Counted from the first letter of the stretch, positions 51,012-63,900 are shown. The stretch: DNA of 64,000 nucleotides from Paramoeba atlantica (GCA_977017575.1 CDRNVI010000152.1:18872-82871), one strand, 5' to 3'. The notes: generated by a model not told the origin, from the letters alone. Made by a program: numbers and translations.

Positions 51012-54000
51012 AAAAAAAGAAAAAAAAAAGAAAAAAAAAGGAAAAAAAAAGAAAAAAAAAGAAAAAAAAAAAAAAAGAAAAAAAAGAAAAAGAAAAGAAA
51101 AAGAAAAGAAAAAAAGAAACAAGAAAGAAAAAAGAAAAAAAAAAGAGAAAAAAAGAGAAGAAAAAAAGAAAACATAAAAGAAACAAAGAGAAGAAAAAAG
51201 AAAAAAAGAAAGAAAAAAGAAAAAGAAAAAAGGAAAAGGAAAAAAAAAGGAAAGGGGGAAGGAAGAGGGAAAAGAGAAAGAGAAAAAAGAGAGAACCAAC
51301 AATTTTCTTTTTATTTTCGCTTTGATTAAGAAAAGAAAGGAGAAAGAGGAGGAAAAGGGAAAAAAACAAAAAAAAACAAAACAAAAACAAAACAAAAAAA
51401 AAGAAAAGAAAACAAAGGAAAAAAATAAAATAAAAAAACAAAAAAAACAAAAAAAAAGAAAAGAAAAGAAGAGAACAATAAACAAAACAAAACAAAACAA
51501 ACAAAACAAACAAAACAAAAAAAAAGAAAAAAAAAGAAAAAAAAAAGAAAAAAGAAAAAAAAAGAAAAAAGAAAAAAAAAAAAAAAGAAAAAAAAAAGAA
51601 AAAAAGAAAAAAAAAAGAAAAGAAAAAAACTGTGAAGAAAAAGGATCTCTTTTGATACGTGATTTCACTCTTTTCTAATTCAATGACTTCACTGTCTTAA
51701 AAGGAAAGAAAGAGAAGGAAAGAAAAGAAAAGAGAAAGAGAAAGAGGGGAAAGAGGAGAAAAGAGAAGGGGGAGAAGATTAAAAAGAGGAAAGAGAAAAG
51801 ATAAAAAAGACAAAAACAAAAGATGAAAGAAAGAAAAAAAAAAGGAAAAACACAAAACAAAAGAAAAAAAGAAAAAAGAAAAAACAAAAGAAAAAAAACA
51901 AAGAAAAAAAACAAAAAAAACAAAAGAAAAAAAGAAAAAAATCAATGAAGAAAAAAGAACATTTTTTTAATACGTGAATTACACTCTATTCAATTAAACA
52001 ACTTTCCTGTGTTAAGGAGAAAAGAAAGAGAAAGAAAGAGAGAAGGAAAAAGAGAGAAAAAGAGAAGAGAGGGGAAAAGATTAAAAAGAGGAAAGATAAA
52101 GAGGAAAAGATAAAAAAAAAACAAAACAAAACAAAAACAAAAAGAAAAAGAAAAAGAAAAAAAGAAAAAAAGAAAAGAAAAGAAAAGAAAAAAAAAGAAA
52201 AAAAAAAGAAAAAAACAAAAAGAAAAAAAACAAAAAGAAAAAGAAAAAAAACAAAAAGGAAAAGAAAAAAAACAAAAAAAAACAAAAAAAAAAGAAAAAA
52301 AAAAGAAAAAAAAGAAAAAAAAAAAGAAAGAAAAGAAAGAAAAAGAAAAGAAAAGAGAAAGAGAAAAAGAAAAAGAAAAAGAAAAAAAAGAAAGAAAAAA
52401 AGAAAAAAAAAAAAAAGAAAAAAAAAGAAAAAAAAGAAAGAAAAGAAAAAAAAAAAGAAAGAAAAAAAGAAAAAAAAAAAAAAAGAAAAAGAAAAAGAAA
52501 AAGAAAGAAAAAGAAAAAGAAAAAAAAGAAAGAAAAAGAAAGAAAAAAAAGAAAGAAAAGAAAAAGAAAAAGAAGAAAAAAAAGAAAAGAAAAATAAAAA
52601 GAGAAAAAAAAAAAAAAAAAAAAGAAAGAAAAAAGAATAAACCTCAAGAAAAAAAAGAGAACATGATCCCACCTCTTCCCAACTTTCCCAAGCATCCCAA
52701 CCTTCCCCAACCTTCCTAACCTTCCCCTCCTTTCCCAACCTTCCCAACCTTCCTTTCCCTCTTCCCCTCTCCTCTTCCCTCCTTCTCTCCTCCTTGTCTC
52801 CTTCTCTCCTTCTTCCTCTTTCCCTTTTTTTTTTTACTTTTTTTTTTTTTTTTTAATTTAATTCTTTTTTTCATCTCGCTTTTTTCTCTTTTCTCTTTCC
52901 TCTTTTCTTCCCTCTCCTTTCGCTCTTTCCTCCTTGGCAGGGGAAAAAAATTATTTTAGCACAAAAAAAAAGATTTTAGGGTTCAAAAAAAAAAAAGAAA
53001 AAAAGAAAAAAAAAAAAAAGAAAAAAAAAGAAAAAAAAAAAAAAAAGAAAAAAAAAGAAAAAAAAAGAAAAAAAAAGAAAAGAAAAAAAAAAGAAAAAAA
53101 GAGAAAAACCCTGATTGAGACAATAAACAAAGACCAATTAAGGAAAAGGATCTTCTTGACACTCTTCTCTGATTTGAGTAATTCAGTGTCCCCTCAAAGA
53201 ATTGATGAATTCACAACATTTTTGTCTTTTATCTGTTTTGAAATAAAAGATAAGATAAGATAAAAAAGAAAGAAAAAGAAAAAGAGAAAGAGAAAGAGGG
53301 GGAAAAAAGAGAAAAAGAGAAAAAAAGAAAAGAGAAGAAAGAGAAGAAAGAAGAAAGAGAAGAAAGAAGAAAGAGAGAAAAAGGAGAAAGAAGAGTACCT
53401 GAACGGTTTTTTCGAGAAAGAAAGGAAAGAAAAGGAAAAAAAGAAAAGAGAGAAAAGAGAAAAGAGAAAAGAGATAAGAGATAAGAGAAAAAAAGACTCA
53501 AAAGAAAAGAAAACCTTATCAAAAAAACAAGGAGAAAGAGAAGAAAAGAGAAGAGAAAAGAAAAAAAAAAGAAAAAAGAGAAAAAAAGAAAAGGAAAAAC
53601 AAAAGGAAGGGAAAAAGGAGAGGGAAAGAGAAAAGAAAGGGTCAAAAGAAAAAAAAAAGAAAGAAAAGGGAAAAGGAAAAAAAAAAAGAAAAAGAAAACA
53701 AAAAAACAAAAGAAAACAAAAGAAAAAAAAAGAAAAAAAAAAGAAAAAAAAAAGAAAAAAAAAAGAAAAAAAAAAAGAAAAAAAAAGAAAAAAAAGAAAA
53801 AAAAAAAAAAAGAAAAAAAAGAAAAAGAAAAGAAAAAGAAAAGAAAAAAAAAGAAAAGAAAAAAAGAAGCAAGAAAGAAAAAAGAAAAAAAAAAGAGAAA
53901 AAAAGAGAAGAAAAAAAGAAAAGATAAAAGAAACAAAGAAGAAAAAAGAAAAAAAGAAAGAAAAAAGATAAAGAAAAAAGGAAAAGGAAAAAAAAGGAAA

Positions 54001-54330
54001 GGGGAAGGAAGAGGGAAAAGAGAAAGAGAAAAAAGAGAGAACCAACAATTTTCTTTTTATTTTCGCTTTGATCAAGAGAAGAAAGGAGAAAGAGGAGGAA
54101 AAGGGAAAAAAACAAAAAAAACAAAAAAAAAACAAAAAACAAAAAACAAAAAAAAACAAAAGAAAACAAAGGAAAAAAATAAAAAAACAAAAAAACAAAA
54201 AAACAAAAAAAACAAAAAAAAAGAAAAGAAAAGAAAAGAAAAGAACAATAAACAAAACAAAAAAAAAGAAAAAAAAAGAAAAAAAAAGAAAAAAGAAAAA
54301 AGAAAAAAAAAAGAAAAGAAAAAAAAAAGA

Positions 54331-54362
<32 letters not shown>

Positions 54363-54700
54363 AAAAAGAAAAAAACTGTGAAGAAAAAGGATCTTTTTTG
54401 ATACGTGATTTCACTCTTTTTCTAATTCAACGACTTCACTGTTTTAAAAGGAAAGAAAGAGAAGGAAAGAAAAGAAAAGAGAAAGAGAAAGAGGGGAAAG
54501 AGGAGAAAAGAGAAGGGGGAGAAGATTAAAAAGAGGAAAGATAAAAGGTAAAAAAGACAAAAACAAAAGATAAAAGAAAAGAAAAAAAAAGAAAAAAAAG
54601 GAAAAACACACAAAACAAAAGAAAAAAAGAAAAAAAACAAAAAACAAAAGAAAAAAAAGAAAAGAAAAAGAAAAAAAAAAAAGAAAAATAGAAAAAAAAA
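50800..54700. repeat. Direct duplication of ~1.1 kb (offset ~2.75 kb) in A/G low-complexity DNA
   Basis: Islands 'aaagggtcaaaag', 'gagaaccaacaattttc...cgctttgat' and 'actgtgaagaaaaaggatc' each occur twice. Confidence 0.75.
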
Positions 54701-54824
54701 AGAAAAAGAAAGAAAAAAGGAAAAAGGAAAAAAAAAAAAAGAAAAAAGAAAAAAGAAAAAAAAGAAAAAAAAGAAAAAAAGAAAAAAAGAAAGAAAAAGA
54801 AAAAGAAAAAAAGGGAAAAAATAC

Positions 54825-54952
54825 ATTTGAACAAGATTCGTGAGTTGGGTGGTCCTGTGAATGAATTCTTACTGAAATACCTACAAAGAGAAAAGAAAGA
54901 AAGAAGAAAGAAAGAAAAAAGAAAGAAAGAAAGAAGAGGGAAAGAAGAGGGA

Positions 54953-54984
<32 letters not shown>

Positions 54985-56970
54985 AGAGGGAAAGAAAAGA
55001 AATAAGAGTTAAAAAGGAAAAAAGAAAAAAAAAATAATAAAAATAATAAAAATAATAAAAAATAATAATAAAATAAATAAAAAAATAAAATAAATAAAAT
55101 AAATTAAAAAAAATAAAAAAAAATAAAAAACATCCAAGTCAAATTGGAGAGTTGTCCAAATTCAGTAGGCAAAGTCCCCGTGAAGTTATTAGAAACAATG
55201 TCTCTAATAATATTATGAAAGGGAGAGAGAGAAAGAGAGAGAGAGGAGAGAGAGAGAGAAGAAAGAGAGAAAGAGAGAGAGAAAAGTGAGAGAGAAAAGA
55301 GAGAGAAAGAAAGAAAAAAAAAAATCATCAGAAGAATAATTTATTCAAAAAATAATCAGAAAAAAAAAGAAAAAAAAGAAAAAAAGAAAAAAAGAAAAAA
55401 AGAAAGAAAAAAGAAAAAAAAAGAAAAAAAAAGAAAAAAAAAACATTTGAAGAAGATCAGAGAGTTGTGCAAATTCAACAGGCATTGCCCCTGAAAAGAA
55501 ATTCCCTTCCAGTGATCTGATAAAATCAAAAATAATTTCAATAAAAATGAAAGAAACGAAAAGATAAAAAAAAAGAAAGAAAAAGAAAAAAAGAAAAAAG
55601 ATAAAAAAGAAAAAGAAAAAAAATAAAAAAGAAAAAAAGAAAAAGAAAAAAAGAAAAAGAAAAGAAAAAGAAAAAGAAAAAGAAAAAGAAAAAGAAAAAG
55701 AAAAAGAAAAAAAAAGAAAAAAGAAAAAATTACAAGTCAGTGAAAGAACGAAGTTTTGAAATTTTGTCCAAGATTTTTTCTCCTTTCAGTCGATTGACTC
55801 CTAAAAAAGAAAGAAAGAAAAGAGAAGAGAAAAGAGAAGAAAAGAGAAGAAAAGAGAAGAAAAGAAAAGAGAAGAGAAGAGAAGAAGAGAAGAGAAGAGA
55901 AGAGAAGAGAAGAGAAGAGAAGAGAAAAAGAAAGGAAAGGAAAAGAAAGAAAAGGAAAAGAAAAAAGAAAGAAAAGAAAATGATAAAATTATTAAAAGAA
56001 TAATAAAAGAAAGAAAAAAATAAAATAAAAAAATAATAAAATAATAAAAATAATAAAAATAAAAATAAAATAAAATAAAAATAAAAATAAAAATAAAATA
56101 AAAATAAAAATAAAAATAAAATCAAAAATCAAAAATCAAAATAAAATAAAAAAATAAAAATAAAAATAAAAATAAAAATAAAAAAAAAACATAATCATGA
56201 CGAAGATTTTCAATTTCTGATGGAACAGTCCCTCTGCCAGAAAGATCTCTAGAAAGAGAAGAGAGAGAAGAGAGAGAGGGAGAGAGGGAGAGAAAAGGGG
56301 AGAGAGAAAGAGAGAAGAAAGAAAAAGTTAAAAGAAAAAGAAAAAAAGAGAGAGAAAAGTTAAAAGAAAAGAAAGAAAAAGACAAAGAAAAGAAAGAAAA
56401 AAAAAAAGAAAAAAAAAAGAAAAAAAAAAGAAAAAAAAAAGAAAAAAAAAAGAAAAAAAGAAAGAAAAAGAAACAAATAAAACAAGAGAAGAAAGAACTC
56501 CAATTTCGGTTGGTCCCACCTAAGACAGTTGTCCGCCAAAAGCCTTTTTTAACAAATAATAGAAAGAGAGAAGAGAAAGAGTAGAAGAGAGAAGAGAGAA
56601 GAGAGAGAGAAAGAGAAATCAGAAGAGAAAGAGAAAGAAGAGAAGCAAAAAAAAAAAAAAAACAAGAGACTCTGGATGGGGGGTTGTGGTGTTACCCTCC
56701 TCTCCAAGAACCCCCCCCCCCCTTTTTGGGAACACCACTCTCACTCTCACTCTCACTCTCTCTCTCCGGAACTCCCTCTCCTTCATCCCCTCTCTCCTCT
56801 CCCATTCTCTCTCCCCCCCCCTATCCAAGAAACCCCCCCCCTTTTGGGAACACCACTCTCACTCTCACTCTCACTCTCTCTCCGGAACTCCCTCTCCTTC
56901 ATCCTCTCTCTCCTCTCTCTCCTCAAAAAAAAACCAGTTGGACCTGAAATAGAGGTCCATCATTTCCTGT
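54825..56970 (-). pseudogene. Plant-type LRR gene, one repeat per 72-bp phase-2 exon, partly decayed
   Basis: Exact 72-nt AG/GT-bounded exons 55132-55203 (DIVSNNFTGTLPTEFGQLSNLTWM) and 55445-55516 (SLEGNFFSGAMPVEFAQLSDLLQM); shortened exons at 54825-54880, 55734-55800 and 56191-56248. Confidence 0.85.
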
Positions 56971-57487
56971 TTTTTTTTTTTTTTTTTTTTCTGTGGGGTT
57001 TGTGGTTTTTTCTCTTTCTCTCTTTCTCTCTTCTTCTCAGTCACTCTTCTCTTTTCTTTTGGTGGTTGTGATCTCTTTCTTTCTGTTTTTTTTTTTTCAC
57101 ATCCTTTTCTTTTCCTTTTTTACTTCTTTCTTGTTCTTTCTTTCTTCTTCAAGACCATATCACTCTCTCTTTCCTTGATTTGTTTTTTGTTTTCCGTTTT
57201 ATGTTTTTCCTTTCAGTCCCGCCCTAAAACAAGTTTTTTATTCTGAGAAAAGAGAGTTAAAACAAGAAGAGAGATCACAAAGAAATTCTTTGACAAACCT
57301 TTGTCCAAAAACAAAATTGAGGTTTTTTCTTTTCTCTTCTTTTCCTCTCTTTTCTTTTCTCTCTTCTTTCTTTTCTCTCTTTTTCTTTTTTCTCTTCTTT
57401 CTTTTCTCTTCTTTCTTTTTCTCTTTTCTTTTTTGTTAATTTTGAGTAATTGGATTGATAAAAAGGAGAAAAAAAAGAAGAGAAAGT

Positions 57488-57606
57488 GTCTTCGGTCATA
57501 CCCAGTTGAAAGCACCCGATCCCATCAGAACTCGGAAGTTAAGCAGCTGTGGGCTCGGTTAGTAGAATGGTGGGTGACCACATTCGAATCCCGAGTGCTG
57601 AAGACC
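57488..57606 (+). rRNA. 5S: 5S rRNA
   Basis: Identical to 44455-44573. Confidence 0.96.
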
Positions 57607-57937
57607 TTCTCTTTTTCTTTTTTTCTTTTTTTCTTTTTCTTTCTTTTTCTTTCCCTTTTTTTCTTTTTCTTTTTTTCTTTCCCTTTTTTTTTAATTTTCT
57701 TTTTGTTGAAAAACAGGTCTGAGGAAAACACAAATTTGATTCTGGTTCAGTCTTTTTCTTGTTATTCTATTTGCAGATCGTGGTATGCCTCCACACAAAT
57801 ATTCAAGAGAAAATATTCAAAATAAGGAGGGTGTGTTTTGTTATTTTTGGTTCCCTCTCTTCTTGATCATTTCACCCCCAAAAGATGTTCCCCAAAAAAA
57901 GCAAAAAAGAGTTTTGAAGGCATAGAATTATTATTAT

Positions 57938-57983
57938 TACTCTCTGAGTTACGAATTTTCACAAATTAGCAACTCAGAGAGTA
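57938..57983 (+). repeat. ~50-bp hairpin element, copy 6 (compensatory arms)
   Basis: TACTCTCTGAGTT-ACGAATTTTCACAAATTAGC-AACTCAGAGAGTA. Confidence 0.8.
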
Positions 57984-58220
57984 TTACAAGAAGATATCCC
58001 TTTCATCTAAATTATGATTTTTAAGGAAGAAAAAGTGAGAGTTATTGGGAGACTTAAACAGAGAAAAGAAGGAAAAAAGGGGAGAGTGTGTGTGTTGTTT
58101 GTTGTTTGACAAGATGCACCCCAACAATGTGAGAGAAAAGAATAAATAAATAAACCAAAAAAGTGGGATATTCAAAAAGAGAGATTTTATTTTGAAAGGA
58201 TGATTTTGAAGATCTCCTTT

Positions 58221-59235
58221 CTATTTCCATCTTTTTTCCTTTGGGGGAGAATAATTCTTTTTGGGAGAACTGTGAGAGTAACGGGAATGTTTACAACGAC
58301 CATCTTTTCCTTTTCTTGCATTCATAAAAAACTTCTCATCCTTCTGTTCTTCTGATTCTTCCACTTCAGTCAGGGCCAACCTCTCCGTGATTTCTTCCAA
58401 ACGTTTCTTGAGAATAATTTCTGTTTCCATCATCTTTCTTTTCTTTCGCTTCAAGATTACAAAGTCTTCTTTCAATGTTCCGTTGTTGATTCTGAAGTTT
58501 TCTCAATTGTCCAAACGATCTTGGTTTACCACAATCTTCTTTTTCCTCTTCCTCTTCCTCTTCCTCTTCCTCTTGGACTGTCTCATCAGACAATTCAGCT
58601 TCTTCAATATTCTCCTCCTCTTGTTTGATAGCAACAACAACTTCACTTTTCTCTTGACTTTTCAAATCAATAAGACTCTCTCGAACTTGGGTTTTGTTTT
58701 CAGTCAACCGTTCCTTTCTTTGTTGAAGAGCCACAATCTTTTCTTCAAGAACATCGATCTGATCTGCCAGTTTCTCGTCACGTTTACTGAGCATTTCAAT
58801 CTTCTTCTCTCTCTTCTGTTGTTCCTTGAGTCTTTTCTGAGGGTTCTCAGAAACTGACTCATCATTAGTACTCTCATCACTCGCTTTCTCTTCATCATCA
58901 TCCACTCGATTTTCAATCTCCTGATGACTCTTCACTGCTGTCACCATCTCGTTGTCCTTTTTGGGGAGAACAAACAAAGCGTCTTCCAAGTCTTGATTAC
59001 GTTTCACAAAGACAACATCACACTCATCATTGAGATAGAACACTCGAACTGCAGCAGTTGAAGTTCCGTACACATCCTGGATCTTCCTTCGCAGACTTCG
59101 AAAGTCTTGAGCTTGAATAGAACACACTTCTCCATTCTCAGTGTTTCGAACTTCCCACTGCTGTTCTTCTTCTTCCTTCTCGAGGTTTTTTGATCGAACA
59201 ACGATCGACGACATCAACTGAACTCTCATCACCAT
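58221..59235 (-). CDS. PB1-domain coiled-coil protein, probable frameshift near 58440
   Basis: VRVFYLNDECDVVFVKRNQDLEDAL is an OPCA-like PB1 motif; long coiled coil that continues in ORF 58221-58475. Confidence 0.65.
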
Positions 59236-59845
59236 GTTGGATTGTTGTTTTTCTGTTTCAAGTTATCCAGAAAAAGAAATGTTTTGAATTAAAAACAAAA
59301 CCTGAGAGAAGAAGTGGTTGCGTTTGTTGTCGTTCATGGAAGGGGATAAGAGGAAGAGGGGGTGATGGTGAGAAGGAACACCAACCCCACAAACCACAAA
59401 AAAACAAAAAACAAAATCACCGAAAGAACCAACAAAGCCAAAAAAAAAAGAGGGGCGGCGTAGGGCGGGAGGTTCAATTCCCACAAAATTTTCCTTTTTT
59501 TTATTTTATTTTTTATTTTTTTTATTCAGTGAAGGTGTTGGGCGGACTTGGACAAAACTTTTTCAAAACGACGAAAAAAGAGGTGAGGGCTGGTTGGAAG
59601 TGGTTGTCTTCGAAAAATGAGAAACCACACCCAATGGATACTTCACTGAAACTGAGCCAACTTTTTCCAAGAACAGGTTTCTTCGTCCCCTCCTCGACCC
59701 AACACACCAAAAAACGCAAAAACAAAAACTCAAAACAAAAAAAACAAAACAAAACAAAAAAACACAAAACCAAAACACAAAAACAAAACAAAAAAAACAG
59801 TGCCCCTTCTTGTGTGATTGTGATTGATCGACAAATACTACTACT

Positions 59846-60298
59846 ATGGCTTCCGTGGTTCAATTTTCTGATGAATGTATCTCTATTGCTCGCTCTGTCA
59901 AATCCGGAAAATCAAAAGGATGTATCTTCTTGATCGATGATGGAAAATGTCGAACTGATTATCATGATTTATCGAAAAGTGAGGATGTGGTGGATGGGCG
60001 AACAGAATGGGCTGAATTCACGACTCATCTCCCAAGAGACAAATGTGCGTATGGATTGACTCACATCAAATACATCTCTCCTTCTGATCATGTCAAAAGG
60101 AGTAAGTTAGTGTTTGTGATGTGGGCACCTGACAGAGCTAAAATCAAAGAAAAGATGGTTGTTTCTTTTTCTGCAAATGGAATTGTTGGAAAGATTGGAG
60201 AAGGTGGGATTTCTTGTCGACTTCAGGGTGGTTCGGTTGCATCTGTTGATTATGATGAAGTTTTGGAACATGCATTGGCGCAATCTACAGTGAAGTGA
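59846..60298 (+). CDS. ADF/cofilin-family protein (divergent, intronless)
   Basis: MASVVQFSDEC, FTTHLPRDKCAY, KLVFVMWAPDRAKIKEKM, RLQG...VDYD. Confidence 0.9.
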   Translation: MASVVQFSDECISIARSVKSGKSKGCIFLIDDGKCRTDYHDLSKSEDVVDGRTEWAEFTTHLPRDKCAYGLTHIKYISPSDHVKRSKLVFVMWAPDRAKIKEKMVVSFSANGIVGKIGEGGISCRLQGGSVASVDYDEVLEHALAQSTVK

Positions 60299-61949
60299 AA
60301 AACAGAAATGAGGAGATTCCCCCCTTCCCTCTCTCTCTCTCTCTTCCTTTCTCTCCTCTCTCTCCTCTCTTTGGGTGGAGGGAGTGGAGGAGGGGTGTGT
60401 CTGTTTCAAAAGTTGATTTGTAAAAGAGGAGACAAAAAAATGACTCCTCTCTTCTCTTTCCTCTTCTTCTTTTTTGAATTCCATGAAAATTATTTACTTT
60501 ATTTTTAATAAAAGAGATCCTTTTTCATATGTCTCTTCTTGCTGCTTTGTTTTTTCGAACCTTTTCTTTCAACAACACAGATTTAGTTCGCTAAAAAAGT
60601 GCGCTAATTTTTTTTTTGTTTTTTTTTTGTTTTTTTTTTGTTTTCCCTTGTTGTTCCCTGATACAAAACAAGAGAGGCAAGAGGGAGAAAAGGAAGAAAG
60701 AACACCGACCTTGAAGTTAAAAGAAAAAAAAGAAAACAGATTTTCAAAAAAGAGTGATCAAAGAAAAAAAAGAGAGAAAAAAAAGAAAACAACCAACTTG
60801 TTTCTTTTTTCCTTTTTCAAGAGAGAGAGAGGCAAGAGGGGTTTGAAATTGAGCGAATTGGGAATGGCGTGGGGGGGCAATTGGGTTATCCACACCAAAA
60901 AGACAAAAGGTTATTCTTTTCTTTTCTTTTCTTTTTTAAATCTTTTTGTTTGTCATGTTTTGTCATGTGGTTATATCTTGTGAGTGTGGTGTGTGATGTG
61001 ATGTGATGTTTGTTGTTTTCGGCGGCTTTTGGGATTGGGGTTGGGGATTGGTTGGTTTTTCTCCTTTTAGTTTCCCTCCTTTTTTTTAATCTTTTTCTTC
61101 TCTTTTTCACTTTGTTTTTTTCTTTCTTTCTCTCTTTCTTCTTTTTTTCTCTTTTTTTTCTTTGACTTTGGTGTTTGGGATTTTTGAATTCTTCATTTTT
61201 CCTTTGTCTCTCCTTTCTCCCTTTCTCCTTTTTTTTCTTTACTTTTTTTCTTTACTTATTTTTTTTCTATCTTTTAAAAGAATTCTAATACCAATATTCT
61301 TTTCTCTTCAGGTTTTACATTCCATGAATTGACCAATCTATTTTTTGCACATCCCAAAATGTTGAGGCGATTTCTTTATCAGATCTAAGAGAAAAAAAAG
61401 AGTTGAAATTCTTGTTTGACGTGTTTCTTGGGTCTCTATAGCCAAGTCTGAGAGAGTTAAAGAGTTATATTGTAGGGCTGTCTGACTAAGTATCCAAAGA
61501 GAACCACTTTGATCACTTTTTCATATGGTTTGTTAACTTTTTTTTATTTTTATTTTTATTTTTAGTTGATTGTGTTTTTTTAGTCTGTTTTTTTTTGTTG
61601 TTGTTGATATCCTCTTTTCTTTTTTTTTTGTTCTATTTTTTTTTTCTCATCTCTCTTCTCACACTCAAGTTCATCTTATAACACAGGTGATCTTGCTATA
61701 TTGTTCAGGGTTAAGTGTTAGTAATTTATTGGGGTGTTTTGTTTTGCAACATCCAAAGTTTTTGAGATTGTGAGATGTTTGTAAAAGAATCTCATTTTTG
61801 GGCAAATGATCAGGGAAGATGATGGAGATTGCAGAGCAAAGAGAAAAACAAAGGAGCAAAAAGATAAAACTGGAATCAAAATGTTATCTTCTTTTTCTTT
61901 TTTTCTTTTCTTTACTTTTTCTTTTTCTTCTGTCTTTTCCTTTTTTTCT

Positions 61950-63700
61950 TTATTCTTTCTTTATTCTTTCTTTATTCTTTCTTTTTTCCTTTTTCCTTTG
62001 AGGTAAACCTGATTTTTTTTTTGGTTCAAAATAAACCTGCAGAAGAAGAGGCTGGACAAATTTCTTTTTCAGATTCGCCCTTGGTGAAGGAGACTCATGA
62101 GGGTGATTCTTGCAATAATGTTCGATTAAATCAGGAGCAGAGATGGTGTCTGATAGCTTTTCCAACACAGTAGTCCTTCTATTAAAGTGTTCCATCCTCA
62201 TCAATGTGGTGTTCATGAATCTCTTTCACTTTGTAATTGTAATCATCTCTGTGGTTAAAATCATCCATCTTATTCAATTCAAGGACACATGCAGGAGGGG
62301 TTGGTTTTGTATTTGTCCTTCTTCATAATTAACAGAGATCTCATATATCTTTACTTTTAATTCCTTTAGGTGTATAATATTTTTGTGGCACATGTTCTGT
62401 TGTTCTAGATTGAAATGATCAGCAGAAGTGGTGACTGCTATTTCTCGTCGATATGCCTCTGTTGTATCCAATACCATTGATGGATGTCTACCAAAGTGAA
62501 TGAAGAATGAAGTGAAGAGGAATTAGGAGATCCCAATCATCTTCAATGATCATGGATGGATATATATATATGCTTAAATGACCTTGATTTGCCAAATCAG
62601 CCATGAAGCTGGTTTGAGAATTCAAAGCCATTGTCAGGGTTATAATCTTGATAGGCATAGAGTTGATGCAGGTGTGTATTGCATAAAGCAATTTCTGCAA
62701 TTGTTTTTGCATTTCTGTGGCTGGGAGATTGGGTAGATTTGGATGGATCCATCGAAATTGTCACAATTACAGGCAAAAGTGAATCCTTGTATGATGGTAT
62801 TTTGGTCCAGGGGGTGCAGGCAGTGGCCCAGGAGGATATGGAGTAAAGAAGAGGTTTGAGTCTTGCTCCTCTCATTCCTTTTTTTGTTTTTTTTGTTGTT
62901 GTCTTGACATTCCAAACAGTTTTGGCAAAAGGAGTAAATGTATGGGTATATGATTTAGGAAAAACAGAATGATGAGTCAGAGACTGCTTGATCCAAAGCG
63001 CTTCTCAAACTTTCTGTGACCACCATTTAGTATTTCACCCCAAAAGTGATTGAGGTAGGACTGCTGGAGGCAACCCTCTTTCTCTTTAGGGTTACATTTC
63101 AGCCACTTTTCTGAGGATTCCTGCTGGGTCTATCCAGAATTTGTGGGTTTTTGTTTGAAGCATTTTTTGATTGTTTCTTTAGAGGAAGAATTCCACACAG
63201 ATGATAGTTGATTATTTTAGTGCAGAAGGAATATCATCTTACTATGCTTGAGCAAAAGGCTTGGTAATTCAACTGATTTGGGAATTGGTCTCCCCCTCAA
63301 GTGTGTGAATTGATTTTAAGAGGGTGTTAAACATTTGAACATCTGGGATGCTCTTGTCTTGTTCCTCTTTTTTTGGTTGGTTTTTGCCATAAGATCATTT
63401 TGTTTGTCAAGAATATCTTGTATTTGGCAGCAAAAGTGAATGTCTCTGTTAACTGCTCTGGTTTTCTTTGTATCATATGTGATATTTTGTGTCAGCTGAG
63501 CGCATCAGAGGAATTGCTATTTGTCTTCCTGGCTTGTGGATTACTTTGACATTGTATTTCATGATTCTTGTGCAATTTAGTCTCAAAATATTGTGTGGTC
63601 TGTGGGTTTTTTTTTCGGATTTGAATACTCTTGAGAGAGCTGGGACAATGCCTCTATGCACTTCAAATCAACAGGTGGCCTTGGGTAGAAGTATTCCCTC
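61950..63700 (-). mobile_element. Degraded Gypsy pol (RNase H, integrase, possible chromo tail)
   Basis: PTDH, KYNVKVIHKPG...DALS*, IYSFCQNCLECQDN, PDNGFEFS, FGRHPSMVLD, LLHVSL, in correct order on the minus strand. Confidence 0.7.
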
Positions 63701-63809
63701 CAGCCTCATATGGGTTTGGTTTGATTTGAGTTATGTTGTGCAATGGGTTTCAAAATGGATGTTGTATGCAGAGAATTGAGAATCATATTGTAGAAGTTGT
63801 AAAGTAAAA

Positions 63810-63900
63810 GGACAAGGGAAAAACCACAAAACATGGAAAGCCCTTGAATGAGGGAAAACTGGAATGTGAGCACAGTGCAAAAAACCTCCAGGAATGAGAA
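63810..63900. repeat. CpG-eroded copy of the 46945-47040 segment
   Basis: caagggaaaaaccac...tggaaagcccttg...gagggaaaac...gcaaaaaacc shared. Confidence 0.75.

Noticed and set aside
52665-52760. CCTTCCCAA-type repeats as telomeric sequence
   Set aside because: Short, degenerate, internal, and no consistent canonical telomere unit.
50652-54834. Long Phe/Leu/Ser- or Lys/Arg/Glu-rich ORFs (also at 16-20, 37-46 and 55-57 kb)
   Set aside because: Translations of A/G or T/C low-complexity introns and spacers that lack stop codons by composition; no domains.
59450-59490. tRNA gene
   Set aside because: Only a B-box-like motif; no acceptor, D or anticodon arms.
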